A stretch of 43,232 bases of DNA from Nitrospinota bacterium (GTDB taxonomy: Bacteria > UBA8248), in contig JASLZZ010000134.1 in the NCBI GenBank assembly GCA_030754595.1, positions 1 to 43,232 on the forward strand, in the 5' to 3' direction. The notes under the pieces are model-generated. The model ran no database searches, was not told the origin of the DNA, and was given only the letters and a program-made list of their open reading frames with translations. The position numbers and the translations under genes were made by a program. This document shows, one piece after another, positions 1 through 9,130 of the stretch; position 1 is the stretch's first letter; every line of letters starts with the position of its first letter.

Positions 1-141
1 CAGGCCGCACAGCTCGCTAGGCTATCGGCCTCCAGCTCCTGAAATAAAAGAACCATGGCCTCCGGGCTTCGCTCCGCTTCGCCCTTCGTCCATGGTTCCA
101 GGACTCTCGTAGCTAGTGGTACAACTATTGGGGGGAGGTCA
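1..141 (+). mobile_element. Right end of an IS3-family insertion sequence (left part outside the window)
   Basis: The transposase C-terminus is followed by GTGGTACAACTATTGGGGGGAGGTCA ending in CA at 141, the form expected of an IS3-family right terminal inverted repeat. Confidence 0.85.
2..112 (+). CDS. IS3-family transposase, C-terminal fragment (5' partial)
   Basis: Hand translation from base 2 gives RPHSSLGYRPPAPEIKEPWPPGFAPLRPSSMVPGLS*. RPHSSLGYxPP is the typical IS3 integrase-core C-terminal motif. Not in the ORF track. Confidence 0.88.
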   Translation, partial: RPHSSLGYRPPAPEIKEPWPPGFAPLRPSSMVPGLS

Positions 142-390
142 TCCTTGTTTTCGCTTCCTTGGTTATGGTCTTAAATTCACTCGCCGGAAAGGTAAACAAC
201 CAATCAGTATCGCACCTATTCAGGTCCCCCCTTTTATAAAAAAAAATTGCTAGTGGGATCCATCATCGTGGGTGGTAAAATCAGGCTGAAATAAGCGCCT
301 GTTTTCGTGTCAGTTCACAACACCAACAGGTAAATATCCATATAAATCCAGAAATAGACCTTCCCCCGTGCGGGGCCCGTCCGTGCAGAG

Positions 391-828
391 TCAGTCGGTT
401 ACGATGTCCTCTCTCCTGAAACCCACTAAAATCCGGTAGGTCAGGAAATAAGTGACGCGGCAGGCCCCCGGATTTCCGAACTGGTCCATCGCCATGTGGA
501 TTCCCGCGCCGAGGAGAGCTGAAAGGAAAACGGGGTCCGGAAACCAGAAATACCAAATGAGGGTCAGGAGGGTCATCAACTCCCAGCTGTGAAGCCAAAG
601 GTAGAGGCGGGGGAGCCTCACATTCGGGCCGCCGGCGAGTCTTCCCGCGAGCACCCCAAGGCCCGCCCGGAGGCCCTGCGCGTTGGTGTAATCGTAGATA
701 TGGTCGAGGTCGATGGCGGTCGAGCCGGCGAGAAGGGCCGCCGCGCCCTCCGCGTCGCCTGTCAGAAGATACGCGCCGCCGCCCAGTGCGGCGCCTGCGG
801 CGAGGTGGATCGCGGGGCTCAAATTCAC
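391..828 (-). CDS. Membrane protein, putative metal-dependent hydrolase (YdjM-like)
   Basis: 145 aa with hydrophobic segments and spaced motifs H (AIH), DLDH, LHSWE and HMAMD typical of membrane-bound metal-dependent hydrolases. Confidence 0.6.
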   Translation of the reverse strand: MNLSPAIHLAAGAALGGGAYLLTGDAEGAAALLAGSTAIDLDHIYDYTNAQGLRAGLGVLAGRLAGGPNVRLPRLYLWLHSWELMTLLTLIWYFWFPDPVFLSALLGAGIHMAMDQFGNPGACRVTYFLTYRILVGFRREDIVTD

Positions 829-889
829 ATTCTCCCGGGGCGGGGGCCGATCTGGGGAACTGTGCCGGCGGCGGGGGGCGCCTCCGGGC

Positions 890-1132
890 TCAGATTACTG
901 TATTGATGGCTCCGCCGCGCTCAATCGTAACATCGACGGGATCGTTGTCCCGTTGGACCAGGCCCGGTGGCCTCTCGGCGGTGGATTGCTCGGAGAAACT
1001 CACCCCCGTCGCGGCCGCATAAATCTTGGGGCCCCTGAAGTTACTCACACCGGGCGGGTTGATGTAGGCGAAGGTTCCGTCCCCCCTCACGGTGGCGACC
1101 GGGAGGGGTCTGAAAGCGGCGATGCCAGCCAC
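890..1132 (-). CDS. Small hypothetical protein (80 aa)
   Basis: GTG start preceded by AAGGAGAG; a sigma70-like promoter lies immediately upstream; no family recognised. Confidence 0.6.
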   Translation of the reverse strand: MAGIAAFRPLPVATVRGDGTFAYINPPGVSNFRGPKIYAAATGVSFSEQSTAERPPGLVQRDNDPVDVTIERGGAINTVI

Positions 1133-1162
1133 GAATCTCTCCTTTGGCGAGACGGTCCCTTA

Positions 1163-1191
1163 AATATAGGGAGGTTCACGGAGGCTGTCCA
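1163..1191 (-). promoter_or_regulatory. Sigma70-type promoter for the 80-aa ORF
   Basis: Minus strand TGGACA-N17-TATATT, about 30 nt upstream of the GTG at 1132. Confidence 0.55.
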
Positions 1192-1383
1192 TTCGCGGGT
1201 CACGGGCCCTGCGCGGGCCCCGGGACCGGTGCTGTTAGAGAGGGGCTGTAATTCTGTTCCGGGTGTCGTTTTTGTGTTAATAGGGGGGCAGCCGGGTTTC
1301 CCCGGCGGGTAGGCACCCGAACCAAACCTCAATCTCAATTGCGGCAGGCGGCCGGATTCGCCGCCGCGTTCTCGGGAGGCTCC

Positions 1384-2637
1384 ATGAAGATTAGCGAAGG
1401 CAAACTCTCAAACGGCATCCGCGTCGTGACTGCGGAGCTCTCCGATTCCGCCGCCGTCGCCTTTCACATCTATTTCGGCTGCGGCGGCCGCCACGAGCGC
1501 GACGAGGTCGTCGGCGTATCCCACGCCCTCGAGCACATGATCTTCAAGGGCACCCCGAAGCGAACCACCCTCGAGATCGCACGCGAGATGGAGGGCAACG
1601 GAGCCGCCATCAACGCCAATACGGGCTCGGAGCGTACCTGCTACCACTTCAAGGCGCCGGCCGATGTTTTCGAGACCGTTCTCGACGTCTATTCAGACGC
1701 CGTGAACAACTCCCTCCTCGACAAGGACGAATGGCACCGCGAGCGCAACGTCATCCTCGAGGAGCTCAAGATGTACGAAGACATGCCCCGGGCCTGGGTC
1801 TCCGAGATGCTCGAGACGACGATGTACAACCTGCAGGTCGGCGTCATCGGGGACAAGAAAACCATCAACGCCATCGAGCCCGAGCACATGCGCGAGCTCA
1901 TCCGCGACTGGTACTTGCCGGGCAACACGGTCGTCTCGGTGGCGGGAGGAGTCTCCCACGAGGAGGTGGTCGCCCTTTCCGAGAAATTCTTCGGCTCGAG
2001 GGAGGGGAGCACGGACACCCAGAAGGCCCCGTCTCTTCCCTCCGCGGGCAGCCAGGATTACATCGAGCAGGTCCGCCAGACAGATCAGGTGAATCTCGGC
2101 ATCGGATTCCGCGCTTTCGGCGTCAACCACGAGGACGGCCCGGCGCTCAGGCTCCTGTGCGACATCCTGGGCGGGAAGATGAGCAGCCGCCTTTTCACCG
2201 AGGTGCGCGAGAAGCGCGGCCTCGCCTACAGCGTCGGCTCCGTGCCCAACCGCTACTCGGACGAGGGCTACATCGAGATCAAGGCGGGCGTCGCCCTCGA
2301 TAAGGCAAGGGAAGCGGTCGAGGTCTCTCTCGCCGAAGTGGCGCGGATGAAGACCGAGCCCGTCAACGACGAAGAGCTCGACGAGGCTAAGCGCCACCTT
2401 CGCGGCGGGCTTCAGATCAACGAAAGCTCGGATTACTACGCGGGGCGAAACGGCTCGAACCTGCTCATCCGCGGGCGGCTCTACACCCTCGAGGAGGAAC
2501 TGAGCGATATCGACGTCGTGACGGCCGGGGACATCCAGCGTGTCGCGGGCGGCATCTTCCACGAGGAGAAGATGACCGCCTCCGTCATCGCCGAGAAATC
2601 ATTGGAGGATGAACTCCGGCCCGTACTCAAAATTTGA
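1384..2637 (+). CDS. M16 (pitrilysin-family) zinc metallopeptidase
   Basis: Inverted zinc motif HALEH in GVSHALEHMIFKGT, ERNVILEE, and C-terminal SSRLFTEVREKRGLAY. Start moved to the ATG at 1384 behind GGGAGG. Confidence 0.93.
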   Translation: MKISEGKLSNGIRVVTAELSDSAAVAFHIYFGCGGRHERDEVVGVSHALEHMIFKGTPKRTTLEIAREMEGNGAAINANTGSERTCYHFKAPADVFETVLDVYSDAVNNSLLDKDEWHRERNVILEELKMYEDMPRAWVSEMLETTMYNLQVGVIGDKKTINAIEPEHMRELIRDWYLPGNTVVSVAGGVSHEEVVALSEKFFGSREGSTDTQKAPSLPSAGSQDYIEQVRQTDQVNLGIGFRAFGVNHEDGPALRLLCDILGGKMSSRLFTEVREKRGLAYSVGSVPNRYSDEGYIEIKAGVALDKAREAVEVSLAEVARMKTEPVNDEELDEAKRHLRGGLQINESSDYYAGRNGSNLLIRGRLYTLEEELSDIDVVTAGDIQRVAGGIFHEEKMTASVIAEKSLEDELRPVLKI

Positions 2638-2691
2638 ATTTTGTGTTTTTAACCCGGAATTACGCTGTCTCGCGATGAGTTTACCCGCCGA

Positions 2692-3711
2692 TCATGGCTG
2701 ACACAAAACCTTCATCATCGGGCCGCCCGAGGTCAGAGTCTCGAAAGCGCCGGGCACTTCGCCGAGGCCGATCTCGTTCGTGATGAGCGGCCTGACATCG
2801 AGCTGCCGGCTGGAGATGAGGTTCAGCGACGCGCGAAAATCGTCGAAGACATGCGCGCGCGTGGTGAGGTAATTCATTTCGCGCTTCCGTGCCCTCGTGA
2901 TCCCGATGTCCGGGTTTCCGTGGTAGGTCGCGACCATCATCACCTGCCCCCCGACCCTCGTCATTTCCGTGGCCTGCCTGACCGAATCCGTGCTTCCCGC
3001 GGCGTCGAACACGACATCAAAACCCTCGTCTCCTTCGCTTAGGTGCGAAAGAGCCGCCGCCACCGGGTCCTCCTCCACGGGATCAATCGCCGGGAATCCG
3101 AGGTTTTCCATCAACTCCCTGCGAAAGGGGTTTGGCTCGGTGACAACCACCGTCGTCCCCCCCGAGGCCCGGGCCAGCATGGCCAAAAGCGCCCCTATCG
3201 GACCGGCGCCCAGGACCGCCGCCGCACTCCCCCCCTGGAAGGCGGTGCGCCGGAAAGCGTGGACCGCCACCGCCACGGGCTGAACCAGCGCCGCCTCCTC
3301 GAAGGACATCTCGCCCGGTATTGTTAAAAGATTCTCGAGAGGCACACGGACGTACTGGGCGAAAACGCCGTCCGTCTCCACGCCTAGAATCACCCGGTCG
3401 TCGCAGACGTTGTATTGGCCGTTGCGGCAGCTGCGGCATATTCCACAGCCCGAAATGGGCTCGGCCACCACCCGGTCGCCGGGCTTGAACGGATAGCCGG
3501 TATTTCCCTCGATCTCCCGAAGCGTTCCGGCGAATTCATGCCCCAGGACCCGGGGCAACTCCTTCGGGCGGCCGTCCGCCAGCGTCACCAGGTCGGACCC
3601 GCAGATGCCGGCGCGATCGACCTCAACCAGCGCCTCCCCGGCGAGGGGGCGCGGGTCCGGAATTTCTCCCACTTCCAAGATTCCCTTGGCCATCATCAAT
3701 GCCGCGCGCAT
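2692..3711 (-). CDS. Zinc-dependent alcohol/polyol dehydrogenase (MDR family)
   Basis: GICGSD, GHE, structural zinc CGICRSC...C and NAD-binding GAGPIG. The ATG at 3711 was chosen as the start. Confidence 0.92.
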   Translation of the reverse strand: MRAALMMAKGILEVGEIPDPRPLAGEALVEVDRAGICGSDLVTLADGRPKELPRVLGHEFAGTLREIEGNTGYPFKPGDRVVAEPISGCGICRSCRNGQYNVCDDRVILGVETDGVFAQYVRVPLENLLTIPGEMSFEEAALVQPVAVAVHAFRRTAFQGGSAAAVLGAGPIGALLAMLARASGGTTVVVTEPNPFRRELMENLGFPAIDPVEEDPVAAALSHLSEGDEGFDVVFDAAGSTDSVRQATEMTRVGGQVMMVATYHGNPDIGITRARKREMNYLTTRAHVFDDFRASLNLISSRQLDVRPLITNEIGLGEVPGAFETLTSGGPMMKVLCQP

Positions 3712-3893
3712 ATCGCCCCCCACCGAGCCCAGGCGAATTTCAACGCCGGACGCTCATTATTCCGGAATGATAGAGTCTCCCGTATCAATTTCCCCCACCT
3801 TAACAGGAACAGGAAACGCCGAGCGAGGCCCTTCCGTTTCGAATTTTCAACCGGAAGGCGGATTATCGTATTTTAGGGAGTTTTAACCCACAC

Positions 3894-3922
3894 AAAAAAC
3901 CGAGGCCCTCTCGGGCCCCGGC
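3894..3922 (-). terminator. Terminator-like hairpin, near-copy of the one at 4671
   Basis: Minus strand GCCGGGGCCCGAGAGGGCCTCGG followed by T6. Confidence 0.5.
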
Positions 3923-4055
3923 TCTTGTGTTTCGGTTGCGATTCGGATTTGATATATTCATCGGGCAAGAAAAATTCGCCTCGGAAGATGTCTCCGCTAG
4001 CCCGTGGCGCCGCCACCCGCCCGCTACCGCCCGTATCCGCCCGGAAGGGGAAGCC

Positions 4056-4637
4056 GTGTCCAATGTCCGCGTGTCCAATCCCAGATTAAAGGGGCGGGAC
4101 GTTCTCCAGGAAAAATTTGTCGTCGTGGACCTGGAGACGACGGGGCTTTCTCCCCGAAATAACGCCATCATCGAGATCGGCGCGGTGAAATTCGAGGCCG
4201 GCGCGGCGAAGTATGCGACGATGGAGGCGCTCATCGACCCGGAAATGGATATCCCCGGGGTCATTACCGGGATCAACGGGATTTCCAACGAGATGGTGGA
4301 GGGCTGCGGGGTCATCGAGGAGGAGTTGCCTCATTTCATCGAATTTTTCGGGGGCCTCCCACTGGCGATATTCAACGCGCCCTTCGACATGGGTTTTTTG
4401 CGGCACAACGCCCTGAAAATCGGCGTCGCCATCGACAACTCCGTGATCGATGTCCTGCCCCTGAGCCGCAAGGCGTTCCCCGCGCTCCCGAATCATAAAC
4501 TGACGACCCTCAAGGCGCATTTCGGCATCCGCGTCGATCAAAGTCACCGGGCGCTGGTCGATTGCCGAACGACGCTCTCCGTCTATGGCGAGTGCATCAA
4601 GAAACTGTTTGGTCGAGGGGCATTCCTCGGTCGTTAA
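4056..4637 (+). CDS. DEDDh 3'-5' exonuclease (DnaQ/PolC-exonuclease-like, stand-alone)
   Basis: VVDLETTG, FNAPFD and HRALVD exonuclease motifs. A GTG start at 4056 behind GGAAGGGG is likely; the ORF-track start is 3927. Confidence 0.9.
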   Translation: MSNVRVSNPRLKGRDVLQEKFVVVDLETTGLSPRNNAIIEIGAVKFEAGAAKYATMEALIDPEMDIPGVITGINGISNEMVEGCGVIEEELPHFIEFFGGLPLAIFNAPFDMGFLRHNALKIGVAIDNSVIDVLPLSRKAFPALPNHKLTTLKAHFGIRVDQSHRALVDCRTTLSVYGECIKKLFGRGAFLGR

Positions 4638-4670
4638 GCGGGGAGGGTGGGATAGAAAATTATTACGATA

Positions 4671-4699
4671 AAAAAACCGGGACCCTATCGGGCCCCGGC
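4671..4699 (-). terminator. Intrinsic terminator downstream of the BI-1/YccA gene
   Basis: Minus strand GCCGGGGCCCGATAGGGTCCCGG followed by a T-run, about 25 nt after the stop at 4723. Confidence 0.7.
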
Positions 4700-4722
4700 T
4701 TATTTGTGTCAGCGGATTCGAT

Positions 4723-5433
4723 CTAGTCGCGCGAGCTACCGAAAATATGCGCGAGGTAGATGAACATCATGATGAAGTCGAGGTAGAGCTCGAGGGCCGC
4801 CATGATCGAGGCGCGGCGGCCGATTTCGTTGTCCGTGTCCTGGGTGAGGGCGTAGGCCCTCATCTTCTGGGTGTCGTAGGCGGTGAGGCCCGCGAAGATC
4901 AGAACGCCGAGGACGCTGATGGCGAAATGAACCGCCGAGCTGGCCATGAAGATGTTCACGACCGAGGCGATGATGATCCCGAACAGGCCGACCATGCAGA
5001 AGTTGCCCACCCCCGAGAGGTCGCGCTTGGTTACGAAGGCGAACACCGTGAGCCCGCCGAAGGCGCCCGCCGTGACGAAAAAGGCCTGGGCCACCGAGTC
5101 GCCCGTGTAGCGGAGCAGCAGGGAGGAGACCGTGACCCCCAGCGTCGCCGCGTAGGCGAGGAACATCGCCGCGCCCACGGCCGAGCCCTTGCTCTTCATC
5201 ACCGGGCGGATCGAAAACACGAGGGCGAGTTGGACCCCGATGACGAGAAAGATCGAGATCGAACTGCCGAAGATGAAGTTGATGGCGGCCTCGCTTGAGG
5301 CGATGTAGAAGGCCGAAATTCCCGTGACCGCCAGTCCCGCGGTCATCCAGCCGTAGACGCGCTGCATGAAAGCGGCGGCGTCGGCGCTTACGACGCGCTG
5401 GCCGGTCGTCTGTGCGAACTCTCTCGATCTCAT
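4723..5433 (-). CDS. Bax inhibitor-1/YccA family membrane protein
   Basis: FMQRVYGWM, TKRDLS, LTAYDTQK and ALELYLDF; about 7 TM segments; AAGGAG RBS. Confidence 0.93.
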   Translation of the reverse strand: MRSREFAQTTGQRVVSADAAAFMQRVYGWMTAGLAVTGISAFYIASSEAAINFIFGSSISIFLVIGVQLALVFSIRPVMKSKGSAVGAAMFLAYAATLGVTVSSLLLRYTGDSVAQAFFVTAGAFGGLTVFAFVTKRDLSGVGNFCMVGLFGIIIASVVNIFMASSAVHFAISVLGVLIFAGLTAYDTQKMRAYALTQDTDNEIGRRASIMAALELYLDFIMMFIYLAHIFGSSRD

Positions 5434-5718
5434 CCGATTCTCCTTATGATTCGGTTGCCGAAGGCCGGCGGCGGGGGGCGAGCCCAGGACCTTGGGTCAA
5501 AGTCATCCGTATACTTGAGACGGACCGGGTTCCGGTGGCGGCCGGCGGCTGTTGGCCGGCCGAGGCCCAACCCCTGTCTGTCTATTTATTATACCGGAAT
5601 CACCGCTTAAATCGAGCCGGTCAATATGGCAATTTGCCCTCCTTGCCGGAATCAGCGGTGGGCCGGTAGGCTGGGCGTACCGGAGCCCGCCTTCCACGGT
5701 GGGTTGGGAGGAGGGGAC

Positions 5719-6957
5719 ATGCTGTTTCGATTCTCGCTCTATGGTTTTTTGAAGAACCAGACCTACTTCGAGCCGTTCCTCATCCTGGCTTTCCGCGAAA
5801 AGGGGCTCTCTTTTTTTCAGATCGGCCTGCTCATCGGTTTTCGCGAGGTTTGCGTCAATCTTCTCGAGATTCCGAGCGGGGCCGTGGCCGACCTCTACGG
5901 CCGGCGCCGGGCGATGATCTTTTCTTTCTCGGCCTACATCGCCTCATTCCTTATTTTCGGTTTCGCGGGCTCGCTGGCCGCCCTGTTCGGGGCGGTGCTG
6001 GCCTTCGCCCTCGGCGAGGCCTTCCGCTCGGGAACCCACAAGGCGATGATCTTCGACTGGCTCAGGGGGCAGGGCCGCGAGGGCGAGCGCACCCGGTTTT
6101 ACGGGTTCACCCGCTCCTGGTCGAAGATGGGCTCCGCCCTCGCCGTGGCCATCTCGGCGGGTTTTATTTTCTCGGGCGCGAGCTACAGCGACGTATTCCT
6201 CCTGGCGGTGATTCCCTACTTGCTCGGTATCGTGAATTTTCTGGGATACCCGGCTGGCCTGGACGGCCGGCGCGGCGAGGGGGCAGGGATTGCCGCCGTT
6301 CTCGGGCATCTCGAGGGCGCGCTTCGCCATACCTTCCGCCTTCCGCCGCTTCGCCGCATCGTCTGCGAGTCGATGGGTTTCGGGGGGACCTACAAGGCGG
6401 CCAAGGATTATATCCAGCCGGTTATTCAACAGGCGGCCCTGGGCCTCGTCCTCCTTGCCGCGTGGGAGGAGCACAAGCGAGTCGCCCTTCTGGTGGGGAG
6501 CGTTTATTTCGTCTTGCATATTCTCTCGAGCGTGGCCAGCCGCGGGGGGTATCGGCTGAGCGCCGCGGCCGGCGGCGAGGAGCGGGCGGCGCGGCTCATC
6601 TGGGCGGGAACTTCGGTTCTTTACGCCGGTCTCGCGGCGGGGCTGTGGATGGGTCATGAAAGCGTGGTCATCGCCGCTTTTATCGGCCTCGCCGTGGCCC
6701 AAAATTTTTGGCGGCCGATTCTGATCAGCCGCATCGACGCCCACGGCTCGCCCGAGGCGGGGGCTACGGTGCTCTCCATCGAAGCGCAGGCGAAATCGCT
6801 TTTCGCGATGATGCTCGCGCCCGCCCTCGGCTTCGCGGTGGACCGGCTGGGGTTGGTTCCGGTCGGGGTGGCGGGTTTTCTCGTGGCTGCTCCGTTCGCC
6901 CTGGGCGGGGTTTTTTGGGCTGGAGCAAAAGGGCGCGAGGCGGGGGCCTCACCCTGA
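5719..6957 (+). CDS. MFS transporter
   Basis: EIPSGAVADLYGRRR (MFS motif A), GEAFRSGT and multiple TM helices; ATG at 5719 behind GGAGGAGG. Confidence 0.9.
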   Translation: MLFRFSLYGFLKNQTYFEPFLILAFREKGLSFFQIGLLIGFREVCVNLLEIPSGAVADLYGRRRAMIFSFSAYIASFLIFGFAGSLAALFGAVLAFALGEAFRSGTHKAMIFDWLRGQGREGERTRFYGFTRSWSKMGSALAVAISAGFIFSGASYSDVFLLAVIPYLLGIVNFLGYPAGLDGRRGEGAGIAAVLGHLEGALRHTFRLPPLRRIVCESMGFGGTYKAAKDYIQPVIQQAALGLVLLAAWEEHKRVALLVGSVYFVLHILSSVASRGGYRLSAAAGGEERAARLIWAGTSVLYAGLAAGLWMGHESVVIAAFIGLAVAQNFWRPILISRIDAHGSPEAGATVLSIEAQAKSLFAMMLAPALGFAVDRLGLVPVGVAGFLVAAPFALGGVFWAGAKGREAGASP

Positions 6958-7049
6958 GCGATGTGACCTCTAGTCTTTACTGGTGAAAAATAGTCGGATG
7001 GCTTCCGAAGCCGTGCGGCTCCGTAGCCGGCGGGCTATCCGGGTCCGTC

Positions 7050-8528
7050 TTAAAGGGCCAACTGGCCCTCGGTGGGTTCCGCTCAGCAGAACCACGATTC
7101 GGTAAGCTTTGGCGGGCGAAGCCGATCGGGGGCGAGGGCGGGAGCCGATCCGGCGCGATCGGGGCGCTCGAGCGTGGCTGCTGCTGCTGCGCGAATCCGC
7201 GCGAAGGTTTCGGCGGGATCCTCACTCTTTCCGGCCGCGTCCTCGGCGATGGCGAGGGTCTCCCCGTGGAGCCGGTCCATTCTCGGATCGGGATGCGACC
7301 AGCGGTGGATGAAATTCTCAGGGTCCATCTCGCCGATGAACGACTGCATCGATTCCCGGCCGAGCAGGTCCGAGCCCGGCGGGACGAGCAGCCGGATGGC
7401 GAACTGAACCGGGTCCACCTCGTCGATGAGTTCGAACTCCTCCACGAAATCTAAAAGCTCGAAATAATCGTCCGGTTTCGTCCAGGGGGTGAAGGCGAGA
7501 AGCGAGGGCCGGATGGGGATCCCCGCGGCGCGGCAGGCCCGCACCACCCGGACGGCCTCCTCGCGGGTGTGCCCCTTCTCGAGGTTTTCAAGGACGGACT
7601 CGCTCAGCGATTCGAGGGCGGTGACGATGAAGGCGCAGCCCAGCTCGCTCAGTTCCGCGAGCAGGCCCTCGTTCTTTGCCAGATGCTCGACCTTGGCGGT
7701 GAAGTCGAAAGTGAGCGAGGGATATTTACTGTGGAGCGTCCGCGCGACGCGCATCGCGTGCCCCGGGCCGTTCAGGAAATCAGGGTCGGCGAAGGTGATG
7801 TGTCTCGCGCCGAGGGTGGTGAGCGCCCGGATGTCCTCCAACACTATTTCAGGCGGAACGGCGAAAAATCGCCCACCGTAGACGGGCGGAATCGGGCAAT
7901 GGAGGCACAGGTGCTTGCAGCCCCGGCTCGCCTCGACCGAGCCCGCCAGAAGATGAACCCCGTCCCTGAGCAAATGGGCGTATGTCTCGAGCGGGGGAAG
8001 CCCTTCGCGGCGAGGGGTGAGCAGCGGAATTTTTTCCAGATTCGGTGCTGCCTGTGCCTTGCGTGTGCCGGCGCCGGGGACATCGACCGAGCCGCGGGCG
8101 CTGGCCGGTTCCCGGGAGGCGGCCAGCGCGCCGACGAGTTCGGAAAGGGTCTCCTCGACTTCCCCGCCGATCACGGAGTCGGCCTCGTTTTCGAGCAGGT
8201 AGTCCGCGTTCAGATTGGCGTAGAGGCCATAGAAGCAGATATGGCAGTCCGGGTTGACATCACGCACCCAGCGGGCCGCCTCGACCCCGAGGCGCAGTGC
8301 GGTGTGCATCGGGACGCTGATTCCGGCGAATAGCGCTCCGGCTGCTTTTTCCGGCGAGAACGGCTCGACAGCCAGATCGAGCGTGGCGGGCGCGTATCCC
8401 GCCCGCCGCAGGAAAGCGAGCGGAGAGGCCAGCCCGATGGGCTGGCGGCCCAACTCGTAGCACGAAATGAGAAGGGTGGCGCCGTGCGCCTTCCAGGTAT
8501 TGTTCACCTTCGAATCCTGACCGGCCAC
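7050..8528 (-). CDS. CUAEP-tail radical SAM selenoprotein (TGA at 7083-7085 read as Sec)
   Basis: CKHLCLHC radical SAM motif and an N-terminal LLISCYELG domain. Reading through the TGA gives ...TESWFC-U-AEPTEGQLAL-TAA, the CUAEP/CCAEP-tail family signature. The exact start is uncertain. Confidence 0.9.
7053..7070 (-). promoter_or_regulatory. Putative bacterial SECIS element
   Basis: mRNA hairpin GAGGGCC-AGUU-GGCCCUU whose apical loop begins 20 nt after the UGA and contains GU, fitting the bacterial SECIS model. Confidence 0.7.
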
Positions 8529-8543
8529 GTGTCCACCGGCACG

Positions 8544-8577
8544 AAAAAGCCCCGGCGCCGATCACCGGGGCCGGGGC
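8544..8577 (-). terminator. Terminator-like hairpin between hesB and the radical SAM gene
   Basis: Minus strand GCCCCGGCCCCGGTGATCGGCGCCGGGGC followed by T5. Confidence 0.65.
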
Positions 8578-8594
8578 GCCTCATTAGGTTGGCC

Positions 8595-8972
8595 TTAGGC
8601 GGTGAAGGAGCTGCCGCAGCCGCAGGTGTCCCCCGCGTTCGGGTTATCGATCTTGAATCCCGAGCCCTGAAGGGTGTCCACGAAGTCGACGGTCGAGCCG
8701 TTCAGCAGCGGGTAGCTGTTGGGGTCGACATAGATGTTGAAGCCCTCGGCTTCGGTCACGTGGTCGGCCGGGTCGTTGCTTTCGTCGAAATAAAGGCCGT
8801 AGCTGTGGCCCGAACAGCCGCCCGCCGTCACGGCGACGCGAAGGCCGAGGCCGGATTTTCCCTCGGCTTCGATGAGTTCGCGCACCTTTGCCTCGGCGAT
8901 GGGGGTGATGGAGATGCCCTCTCGGACAGCGGGTTTTGTATCGTCGAAGAGATTAATCGTTGTGTCGGACAT
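8595..8972 (-). CDS. A-type Fe-S carrier protein (HesB/IscA/ErpA family)
   Basis: GGCSG and terminal NPNA..TCGCGSSF motifs; ATG at 8972 behind AAAGGAG. Confidence 0.95.
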   Translation of the reverse strand: MSDTTINLFDDTKPAVREGISITPIAEAKVRELIEAEGKSGLGLRVAVTAGGCSGHSYGLYFDESNDPADHVTEAEGFNIYVDPNSYPLLNGSTVDFVDTLQGSGFKIDNPNAGDTCGCGSSFTA

Positions 8973-9130
8973 CGGGTGTTTCTCCTTTGGGTGGATCGAT
9001 GTCAAAAGCTGATAGGGATAAATAGTCCGGTCAGGTGGCTCCGATTCCGCTCTATGGCGTCGGTGCGCCTCTCTTGCGGCGGGCGTTTCCGCCGGGCCCA
9101 TCGGCCAGTTGTGCCAGGCCGCGGCTCAGT

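Noticed and set aside
142..390. AT-rich tract next to the IS, and ORF 281..598
   Set aside because: No credible RNA gene or protein motif; the ORF overlaps the better-supported 391..828 gene in another frame.
2635..2694. Sec read-through at the TGA stops of the M16 peptidase and Zn dehydrogenase
   Set aside because: Both proteins are complete at their stops, with no Cys-equivalent motif or SECIS-like hairpin apparent.
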